Positions 12,001 through 24,000 of a DNA stretch of 64,000 nucleotides are shown piece after piece. A program made the position numbers and the translations under genes. Within the stretch, counting starts at the first letter, position 1, and every line of letters starts with the position of its first letter. Source of the DNA: Antedon mediterranea. Taxonomy: Eukaryota > Animalia > Echinodermata. Below the pieces are notes generated by a model. It saw only the letters and a list, made by a program, of their open reading frames with translations. It did not search any database and was not told the origin of the DNA. The stretch is taken from NCBI RefSeq assembly GCF_964355755.1, contig NC_092671.1:23944070-24008069 (forward strand), read 5' to 3'.

Positions 12001-15000
12001 ATAATACTAATTATGTGCCTTCTTACTTAATGTGTTTTATTGTTAATGTATGTTACTTATGCAACACATTGCCTATGAAGTGTTAAGTCACAATACATTA
12101 TACAGTACTTACCGAATAAATCCAGTGTAGAAATATTTTTAACGCCATCTAATAATAATGTTCTAAAAAATTTAACAATTTTTAATCAACAACTATAAAA
12201 ATAATTATACTTGCCAAGCCCACAAACTATAAATTCTCCTTGTACATTTTTCGTTGACAATCCAATGTAGTTAACATCAAAGGGTTCGTCATCATCATAG
12301 CTAAGGAATGGTACATCCTCGCCAACTTTACCAACTTGAATGTTGCCATCTGCAAAGCTAATCCAAAAGTTGCGAGCTTCATTCTCATCCAACCATCCAT
12401 CATTGTTTCGATTAGTAAATTCATCACGGCAGTTTTTACAACGTTTAACAGATGAAAATCTATCACCTCTGCTGCCAATAACTATCTCATACATGTCATC
12501 AATTTCAAAATTATGTGACGACAATGCAATGTACACTTCACTTGATGCTTGAACAGAGAGCTCAATTCTAGTCTGTGATTCACGGATATGGTGAAATGGA
12601 AAAATGTAATCGTATTCACCACTTGTGAGACGAGTGAAGCATTCTAAAAAACATGATAATTTCATACATTACTATTACAGAATTATTATTTACTACAATA
12701 ACTGATTTCATATTGGTATACGTGACACCATTGGTGACATACATTGTTATTCGTTACTTATCAAAACAGAAATATAAAATAAACAACCTGCAATCTGTAG
12801 TTTTAAAATGGTAAATCAAAGTAAAAATGTTTTCTTCATTTTCAAAAACACACACACAAAAAAAAAAAAAAATGTCCTTGGATATCTTGTACTTGTATTT
12901 TTTTGTTTATGTGTGCACAGGAACAAAACCGATTTCATTACAAATAGTCGACGCAAAATGGAGACTATTGGGTCACATACTTAGACAAGACCCATGTACA
13001 CCAGCCAACACAGCAATAAGCTATTATTTCAGCAACACTACCAATATAAAATTTCGAGGAAGACCGAGAACCACCCTACCAATAACTCTCAGCAACGACC
13101 TACTCACCCTTTATAAGCATAATACAGACATTAAGTATCCCGGACAATTGAAAACCAAGAAAGACATGAAACAACTTAAAGAACTAGCCAATGAAAGATC
13201 AGACTGGAAGAAACTAGTAAAAGAGATTTACGGAGCAGCCCAAGCAGAAATGTCGGCAAACTTTTCAGCGGAAAAGCAGTAATATATATATGGGTGCACA
13301 ATATTTTTTTTTTAGTTAAAAGTAAAGTATTGTGAGTCCTCCCAGATACAAACAATAAAATTAAAAATCTTATTAATTGTAAAAATTTGAAATATTTACC
13401 TGGTGATTCAGTGGTAGTTTGTGTGACAGAAACTTCTTCATTAGTAACCGAAACCTGCCCACTAACTACAGCTGGTAAAGCTGTACCAGTAACTCTTGGT
13501 GTTGTAGAACCAGGATAGAATGTTACTACAGGTGCTGCAGTTACTACAGGTATTGGAATGAATGGCAAGGTTTCTACAAAACAAAATGTTGGAATTTAAA
13601 GTTCAGTAAAAACAAGATACATATATATATACATATATATGGCTCTCTTTGTTATATTTCTTTTATTCCTGTCCACCCAGGCAGCACTTGCCAGCTTTAT
13701 ACTATGACGTTATCCAAATTCCTTCACTTGCACTGATGAAGGGCTAGTGTTGCCCGAAAGCTCTGCTAACTTTTCTGGCTGTTTACTTTATCGTTTTGAT
13801 TTAGCTTTTCGCTTTTTATTTTTGTATCTCCATTGAGATCCAGCCACTGATACCCACAGCATTGTCATTTTTTTCAGTAATTTGCCTTTGGATTTACATA
13901 TATATATATATATTTATTTTTTGTTTTTGTTTTTAAAGATCTTTCTACCAAAAATAAAATCTGTTGGATATGATGATTTACCAGCTAAATTGATTGTTAT
14001 AGCTGCAAACATTATTGCAATGCCGCTATCCTACATTATTAATTTATCCTTTACACATAGTCGTTTCCCCACTGCTTTGAAAGTAGCAAAAGTAATACCT
14101 TTATTTAAGAAAGGTACCGTAGTACAGATAACCCCGGTAATTATCGTCCATTTTCCATTTTGTCCTTATTTAGTAAAATTTTTTCTAAAGCCTTCGATAC
14201 AATTAATCACCAAATTTTGTTATCCAAATCATATTATGGTATTAGAGGGCAACCGTTTCTTTTGTTTACAGATTATTTAAAAAATAGATCCTAATTTGTT
14301 TTTTCGAATGGTCAAAGCTCCGATCATTTATCAATTCAATGCAGTGTTCCGCAAGGCTAGGTTCTTGGACCCACTCTTTTTCTAATTTATATTAATGAAT
14401 TACCAAATTCTTCCAGTTTTTTTTAATATCGTTTATTTGCTGACGACACTAACTTATATCACAATTTTGCAGGCAGTAATATTGATTTGTCTATGGTAAA
14501 TCATCATTTTCAAAAATATCAAACTGGTGTGACGCTAATAAATTAACTGTTAATTTGGTCAAAACTAGTTATATTTTTTATTTTTTGTAACCGATATAAA
14601 ACTATTAATAAATCAAACAATATATATTACAAAAATGTTATGATTAAAAACGTCAATGAAATTCAGTTTTTAGGTGTTAAATTAGATAAACACATCACAT
14701 GGAATAGCCATATAAACTTTATTAAAAATAGGATAAAAAAGAAATCTGGAATTCTGTTTAGTTTACGCCATATTGTACCGTAATATTTTACTTATGATTT
14801 ATAAATCATTTATTGAATCAAATATTACTATGGTTTAGAAGTCTGGGGTAGTACTTATAAGTCGCATCTATATCCTATTTTACTTATCTAAAAAAATGTG
14901 TCTTAGATGTATAACTTTCTCTGATTTTATGGCTCCATCTTCTCCATTATTTAAAGACCTGGGTATTTTAGACGTTTATAAGTTTTTTGAATTAAGTATA

Positions 15001-18000
15001 GTTAAGTTTGTTCATGACCAAATTAACGGCAAAACACCACATCAAACAATGGAATACTTTTATTTAATTACACATAATGCTAGTACCAGATCTATTAATA
15101 TAAATAATTTAGCAATTCTGAAAGCTCGCACAGATGCTGGAAAATTTAGAATTTTTTTTAATGGAGCTCAACTTTGGAATAATTTAACCTTAGTTAAAAA
15201 ATGTACCTCTTTTAAATTCATAAATGAAGTTAAATGTTTACTTTTACAAAAGTATTAATGATAGCCCCACTTATTTTTTTAAATTTTCTTTTATATAGTT
15301 GTTGTTTCTTTCTTATTGAATTATTGTTGTTAGATCAAAATTTATGCATTATGAGTAACATTTTTTGTGACAGGAGTCAAACCTCGATTAGCAAAAGCTA
15401 TTTTTTGGCTCCTTTACATATATATTGTACTATCTATTTATGTATGATGTGAATAAAGTTGGTATACATGCTGGTGAATTGAGGGTGGAGAGAGTAAGGG
15501 TAGAAAACAAGGAAGATAGCTTGGTAGATATACACCATTTTGGAATAGAACTTTAAAAAACAGCTTAAATGGTGGTTAATATTGAGATTTAAATTTAGGT
15601 AGTCAATGGAAAAATTTTTATTTTTTACGATCTGGGAGTATGTTCCTAATGTTAAGTCCAAAAGGTTTTGTTGTTTTAAGTAGTAATTCTCAGTGGTTTT
15701 CTTTGTCTTTGCGAGTTTTGTCGCTCCATTTGACATCGCAGTCTTTTGCAATAACTCTGAAATTTGCAATCGAGTGACCAGCTGAATTAAAATGTTCGGC
15801 TACAGGTTGATCAAGCTTTAATGTTTTGATAACTGATCTGTGTTGCGTCATTCTCATACGGAGTGTGTTTCTTGTTTTTCCGACGTACTGTTTACCACAA
15901 ATATTACAGTATGAGATAAATGACGTTTTTGGTTAGACAATTAATTGATTGTCTTATCTGAAAAATGTGACCAGTTTGGTTACTCTTAAAATTTACAGTA
16001 GAGTCAATCAATGGACAAGTTTTGCAAGATTTGCTGTAAAGGTGACTGCCCAAATACTGGCTGTCATGAGAGTTAATTTCACTCTTAAATTTGAATCTGA
16101 CTAATATATGACAAAGGTTTGGAGATCTAAGAAATGCAATAATGGGTGGTTCCGGAAAAACAGTCAGGAGACGTTCTGTGGACTGTAGAATGGGCATATG
16201 TTTCTCAATAATAGCCCGTAATGGAAGCAACTTGGGTGATTGTGACCAATGGCACTCTGTCCGGTTAGTTCTTCTATACGATTCCGAAAATCTAAATCTG
16301 AACTAGATTTGAACTCGTCACTACGGACGAGTTAGGTTATCCGCAGCGCAAACGCCACGTCATACGTTAGAATATTGCGCGCAGAAAAACGATTATGCCA
16401 TTGAAAAAATGTTAGTGCGCTCTCTATTTTGCGTCACGTCTAAGTATATACGGTATACACTATATTCTGTATACGTACTACATACAGTGCAGAATAGGTG
16501 AAAATAAGGGACCCAAGTTATTGACGCTTTTGAACATGATGACGTCATCACAATTTAAAAAATGGTAGATTATGCGAAAGATAATTGATTGGCCTAGACA
16601 ATATAACAAATTGGGGGAAAATGGAATACGGATAAGTGGAGATGCGCTCTATTAAATGTGATGAGCTATGCGAAAGAGACAAAAAACCTATATTTTATAT
16701 TCGAGTGGCCATACGATGACGTCACAATGAATCTGAAATTTTAAAAATGTTCACCACGGAGTTTAGAATCTATGACTTTTTAAAGAAAGGCATAATTTTC
16801 ACGAATTTTTGAACTTTTTCATCAAAAACGCACGCAAATTTTTCAATTCTACGTGCTCGTATGACGTGATTTTAAGTCCAAAATTGTTTGAAAGTTGGTA
16901 AATTTACTAGAAAAGGCTGGAAAAACAAAAATCGAACAAAAAAAAGATGTTTTTGCGCTATGTGCGCACACGCGCGTAAAAAAATTGCGCACGCCTGGGA
17001 ATTTTTGAAATGCTCAAAATGACATGAAACGCGTAGAAAATTGATTAGAAGTTAATTTTTTCGCATTTTGAAATTTTAAACGCGCTTAACTTTCTGCGCA
17101 AACTGCCATTTTTAATCCATAGAAAGTTTGCGCTTGATGACTTAAAATTTCACCAAGTTTCAATACAAAATGACTTTTGGTTTTTAATCTATGATCAATC
17201 ATTGAAATTCACATGTTGGCCAGAAGATAGAGATACGCTGCGAACAAAATTCGTGGAAAGAAAGAAGAACATAGAAAAACTAGATTTGAACTCGTCACTT
17301 TGACGAGTTCGGGTTATCCGCGCAAATGCAACATGCACATACTTAACCATATGAACCTCGACAATTATTATGCCATCCTATGACATGAAATAAATATGTT
17401 TACAGTGCTGAATTGTACCTATTATGTAGCATATATCATATTAAAGTATTTTACAGAATAAACTGTATATGTTATATACAGTGTAGCATAGACAAAATTA
17501 CGAGACCCATCTTTTCAATCCAATTATTAACACAATGACGTCATCAAATTGACATATAAAGATAACAATTTTAGAAGATAATTATCTAAATAATTACATT
17601 AAAACAAATTTGAAGAATTTTGGGCATGTAAAAGTGAGATGCGCTCTATTTAATGTGATGAGCAATAACGAAAGAGTAAAAACCCCTATATTTTACATTC
17701 GTGTGGCCATACGATGACGTCATAACATCCGAGGGGTAAAGATTCTGCATGAATTCATATCTACAACATATCTACTTGCATATAAAATTTTAAAAATTGG
17801 GGGTCGTGGATGATCTTGAGGAGCTATAATAGATTCAAAATTGGCATTATTTTGACAATATTTATAACTTTTTCAACTAAAACGTGCGCAAATGGTATAA
17901 ATCAACGTGTTCGTATGACGTCATTTTAATTTCAAATGATGTCAATCTTTTTTAAAATGAGGTTGTAAAATCATAATTCAAGAGAAAAAAAACATGATTT

Positions 18001-21000
18001 TCATGCTCCGTGCGCACCATACGCGTACATTTTTTCTCGCGCGCGGGAATTTTTGACATGCTCAAAATGTCATGATCAGCGTAGAAAGTTGATTAGAAAT
18101 TAATTTTGCGCATTTTGAAACTTTAAATGCGCGTGCGCGCGTAACTTCTTGTGAAACATGCCATTTTTAATCCATAGAAAGTTTGCCCTTTATATGACTT
18201 AAATTTTCACCAAGTGTCAATACAAAATGACTTTTGGTTTATAATCTATGACCAATCATTGAAATTCATAAAATCGCGCGTAACTTACGCTACGCGACTC
18301 TAACGTCATATAACTAAGTTTCCTGCACATCTACAGCTACAGGTCAATCTTATGACAAAGTTATACAATCTTATGTTGACAAGGATGAGAGATATGCGTG
18401 CAACAAAATTCCGGGAAAGAAAGAAGAACAAAGAAGATGAAAAAAAAAAAAGATCTTTACAATAACAAGGGTTATCCGCAATACCTTACGGTTGCGGATA
18501 ACCAAAAAAAAAAAAAAAAGATCCTGACAATAAACAGGGGTTATCCGCCAAGTGCGGATAACTAATAACAGATATGTCTGATATGTAATGCTTGACTGTA
18601 CGGTATATTTTTAGTACAGCGTCAGGGATGACAACTGCTAGGGAGCATGTAAATATTTTTATCCGTGGGCTTACGGAATAGGTCAGTTTTGAGTGTACCA
18701 TTTTCTATGGTCACCAAAAAGTCAACGCTACTAGTGGATTTAGTAGCTGTAAATTTGATAGTTGGGTGGGCTGAATTAATATTCAGAAGAAAAGAGACCA
18801 GATTATCTTCACCATGGGTCCAGGTCATGAAGATGTCGTCAATGTATCTAAACCAAACAAGTGGTTTATTAGATTGGAGGGACGGAAAATTGGCCAAAAA
18901 TTGTCCCATAAATAAATTTGCAAAAGATGGCGCCATTTTGTGCCCATCGCTGTGCCATATATTTGGAGGTAATGGTCATTTCACAAAAATAAAATTGTTG
19001 TTGTTGGTTTAGGTAAGAAATAAAATCTGCCTGAACTGGATTAACCAGTGCCAAATGATGTCCAATCTTAGGATCGATGGAATGTATTTTTACCATCACA
19101 GAATGAGTGATTTGTTACAATTACAGAGCTTGTTTTATAAGCTATAATTCGTGAAGACTTAGGGTACGTTCACTCGTATGGCGTAAGAATGACGTGGCTT
19201 ACGCAAGTGGTAAGGTAATCCACGGATTAAAATGCTCAGGTGTTCACACGTACAGCGTTCGTTATATTAATGAATGGCATTAAACAAAGAATCCAACTAT
19301 CATTTACGTTTTAAAAGTTAAACTCTTGGTTCCTTTTTAGATTTTACACTGTCTTGATGACAATTTTGATTTTTTCTTAACCATTTCTTGAAATATAGTC
19401 AGCACTTGATTTCTAAATCAATTCATTCCCGAAAAAACACTCTGCTTTTGGCCATTATTTACTTTTATTTCACCCTAAACCATTCATGCGCTTTTAATCG
19501 AAGAGCAAAGAGTAGCTAAATAGCTTGTTTTTATATCCGCAATAACATTTACAGTAAAAAACAAGAATTAATTGGTAAATACCTTGAAATAAGGTCAAAA
19601 TCATTCAAGCGTCGCTGGAGTTAGCTCCGTGGCGTTAGTTAATTTGAGGTATGTAGCGGTCGTTAACAACGCCATGGACGTGGCGTAGTGAGTTGCGTTA
19701 ATAATGCCACTGCCTAGTTCACACGCAAGGCGTAGGCTACGCCACGGCTTATGCCATACGTGTTAACAGGCTCTTAAATACTGAATGAATTTAAGTCGAT
19801 ACCAAATTTGATTACTACCTTGGCATGTTGCAAGCGATTGTTCAGATGGGCAATGGCATCCATGTAGGCCATTATCTGTATCACAATGTGATCCTTCACT
19901 ACATTGCATTGACGTACTTGTGATGTTGTTAGAAGACTGACACTCAAATTGTTCAGTACAATCTTCTGAAATCCAGCGTGCTCCAATCTATTAAGTATTA
20001 AGATTATATAATATAACAATGTTATCTCTAAAAATTACTCTTAAAACCTTAAAATTCCTACTAGCATTTATAATTGATTAATACTCCCTGCTTACATCAT
20101 GATATCGTCCATTGGAGAAACAACCACACTCTTCTACAGCAATGCAATGTGTACCACTCAACACATAACCATCATTACATTGACATCCTTCTTGACATGC
20201 ATCAGGGCACTCATCTTCTGGAGTGATATATACGCAGTTGTCTGGACAGGAACTCATACAAGTTGTGTAATGAGTATTTTCTGGGCAATTGTAAGCTATT
20301 ACAAAAACAGAATGTAATTATATATACTGTACCGGTACATAATATAAATTTCAACATTTTATTGCTCACTACAGACTGTTTTATGATAGATCTCTGTTGA
20401 ATCATCAGGTGCTAGGTTCTGAGTAAAGCTTACAGTAATATGAAGTACAATTTAAAGGAAGAACGTTTTGTCTCTATTAAGCCCAGCGCACACTATAGCT
20501 ATCGGCAGTGCCAAATGGCACGAATAACACTTTGCTCACTGTGTACGCCGGACAATTCATGAGGAATTGTCCACAATTCATGAGGAATTGTCCACAATTC
20601 ATGAGGAAAATATCTATCGTGTTTAATATTTTTTGTCACGTGTGTCATTTTCCTCAAGTGTGCGCCAAAAGTGAGCTAACAGCTCACTAAAAATGTCCAA
20701 TGCGCATGACATATTTTATTTTATTAAAATATGTCAGCGCGCGCCGTATAGCGTAGTAAGTAATTATCCAATCAGAAAATCACGTAATACTGAAGGTGTT
20801 TAGTATGCGGCCGATAGAACGAGATCAGTTTGTGGCAAATATTTTAGTGAGCAAAGTGTTATTTGTGCCAGATGGCTCAGCCAATAGCTACAGTGTGCAC
20901 CGAGCTTTATTTTGGTATTTCATCTGTATGTGGCTAAATAAAGCGTTTCTTTAATTAAGGAAAGACACATCAGGCTTTTGTACAATATAATACAGTACTT

Positions 21001-24000
21001 ACATACACTTGACTTATCATCATGCATCACTTATTACCATTAAAATAAGATTTACACTTACTGAAGTTAATGTATGCCATTTAAATTCATATATAATTTT
21101 ATAAATGTGTTTATTCCACAAACATCTGTATATGTGGTGTACAATAGGATCAGTTTTGAATTATAAAAATCTCCATTTATTTACATTATTTTGTATAGTA
21201 AAAAGTAAAAAAACATAAAACAAGACAAATAATACAAATATAAATGTTGTGGTGATGTTTGAATTGAATACTTACGACAGAATGTTTCAGTTCTAAATGT
21301 AGGTAAAAATATTCCATTTTCCCTGCAACGTTCATAGTATGCAATAAGGTTATTGCATAGAGTGTCTTCTCTACCTATAAAGCACATGTCAAAGACACAA
21401 CCTTCATAGAATGGTGTGAAGTCAACTGTACTGTGACATTCCTGAAACGGTCCATCTGCATCTTTTATCATGCCACAACTGTCAGACATTTCAAACATAG
21501 CTTCCTTATTAGATGGGCAATCAGCACTTTCATGAGTTTGAGCTTGACATCTGTAAAATATAGAATGTTGGGAATCTCTAATAACCATTATTTCACAAAG
21601 ATTAACAAAAAAGTCTACAGATATAAATTTATAACTAGAATTTAATTCGTCACTCTGACGAATTATAGGTGATCATTTTTTATAATTTTACTGAAATTAA
21701 ATTTATACATTCATACACGTACATTAAAATACGATTGAAAAATGTTGATGTATGCCATCCTATGACCGGATGCATTATACGCTTGTAGTGCTGAGCTGTG
21801 CCTATTATATGCCCTATAGAATATATACAGTATATACTGTATATCTGTAAACAGTGTAGCATGGGTGAAATTACGGGACACACAACATGTTCTAATTTTT
21901 TGGTATGATAACATTATCCAAATAAACTTGAAGATGATAATTTTGAAAGATAATTAATTGATGAAATAAATATAAGAATTAGAAGGAAATTTGGTTCGTA
22001 GAAGCGTGGTGCGCGCTCTTTGAATTGTGTATAGCTTTGACTAAAGAAATTTAAAAAACTACTTTTTTCCTTAAACATATTATAATGTCATAAGATCCGA
22101 GAGGCTTAATTTTTATATGAATTCATATCTACATTTCATCAGCTTTCATAATCACTTATAATCATCAAGGTAAACTTTAATTCTTAAAAGCTGTGAGAAG
22201 TTTTTATGCGTGATGATGTCATCAAAATGAAAATGGCAATTCATGACAACGATAATTAATATAGCAAGCACATACTGAAATTTGAGCAAAAATCGGGCTC
22301 AAATAACAGAGAAAAGCACTATGGAATGTGTTAACCTACAAAAAAAGATAAAAAATCCTAATTTTTAAACTGAAGTGGCCATTTGATGACGTTAGAACAT
22401 TTTGTACGTCAAATGTGTGAATGAATTCATATCTACAACTCAATGGCTTCAAGAATAAATTAAAAAAATTGGGGGTCATCGTGCATTCTGAAGAATTATT
22501 TTCATTTTAAAAATGCCTTATTTTTTACCATTTTCAGCACTTTAGTGCAATTAATTTGAAAACGTGCGTGTATAGCATTATTTTAAGTTGGAATTAACTC
22601 AAAATCGGTGAATATACTAAGGATTGTGAGTTTTTTAAATATTGCGCGCGCAAAAACACGTTTTTTTGTGATTATTGACATTTAACTTTTTGAGGTAATT
22701 GACACACAAAATCTGTACAGAAAGAAATAAATACGGTAACTAGAATTTAATTCGTCACTTTGACGAATTATAGGTGATCATTTTTATAATTTTATTGACA
22801 TTAATATTTTTAAAACATGCACGTATGTTAACATATAATCGGAAAATGTTGATGTATGCCATCCTATTACCTGATGCATATATGCTTATGGTGCTGATTG
22901 GTGCCTATTATGTGTCATAGAATATATACTCTATACGGTACAGTGTACTGTATATTTATATACAGTGTAACATAGGTGAAATTACAGGAACCACACCATG
23001 TTCTAATTTTTTGATATGATGACATCAAAATAAACTTGAAGATCACAATTTCGAAAGATAATGAATTGAGCAAAAAATTATATGATTTGGAAGAAAATTT
23101 GGCATGTAGAAGTGCACTGAGCGCTCTTTGGAATTTGTATAAATTTGACGAAAGAGAGAAAAGAAACTACTTTTTAACTTTAACTGGCCATATCATAACG
23201 TCACAAAATCTGATAGGCTTAATTTTTTTATGAATTCATATCTACATTTCACCAGCTCTCATAATAAGTTAGAAACATCAAGGTCAACTTTAATTCAGAA
23301 GAGCTGTATAGAGGTATTCAAATATATGTTGTAGGTAAAATTACGTAACCACCGTTATTCAAATTTTAAGACGTGATGACGTCATCAAAATGAAAATATT
23401 GGCAACTCATAAGTAACATAATTGGTTGAGGTAGAATATATTAAAAATTAAAAGAAAATCGATCACAGATAAGCGAGTTGCACTCTCTGTTGAATATGGT
23501 GGTCTATGACAAAAGAGGAAAAAACCCTATTTTAAAAATAATGATGTCATACCATTTTGTACGTCTAATGTGTATATACATTTATATCTACAACTCATTG
23601 GCTTCCATAATAATTTAAAAAAATTGGGGGTCACCTTCCATTCTGAAGAGTTATAATCATTTTAAAAAGGCCTTATTTTTTACCATTTTTAGCTCTTTTG
23701 TACAATTAATGTGCGCATTTTGTCATTTTTAACGTGCTCATATAGCACTATTTTAAGTCGAAATGGACTCAAATTTGGTGAATGTACTATGGAAGATGAG
23801 TAGAATGCAATTTGTACAAAAAATTGGTATTTTTTACGCTTTCTATGTACGCAATTTATCAAAACGTAATATTGAGCTTTTTACATTTTTAACGCATGAT
23901 TTCACGCGCATGACCTTGTGTACATGTGCGTTTTTATTTGCTAATATTTTTACCCTTGACCTGAAGTTTATGTATAGTGAATTTCATTGATATGTGATGA

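Noticed and set aside
339-12665. A cluster of separate farnesoic acid O-methyltransferase genes
   Set aside because: The ORF starts and ends are intron read-through. Each domain is bounded by splice sites in phase 1 with no own start or stop, and no SAM-binding motif is visible.
20553-20610. Short direct repeats as a CRISPR-like array (also the 27-bp repeat in the LTRs)
   Set aside because: Head-to-tail repeats with no spacers, inside eukaryotic transposons.
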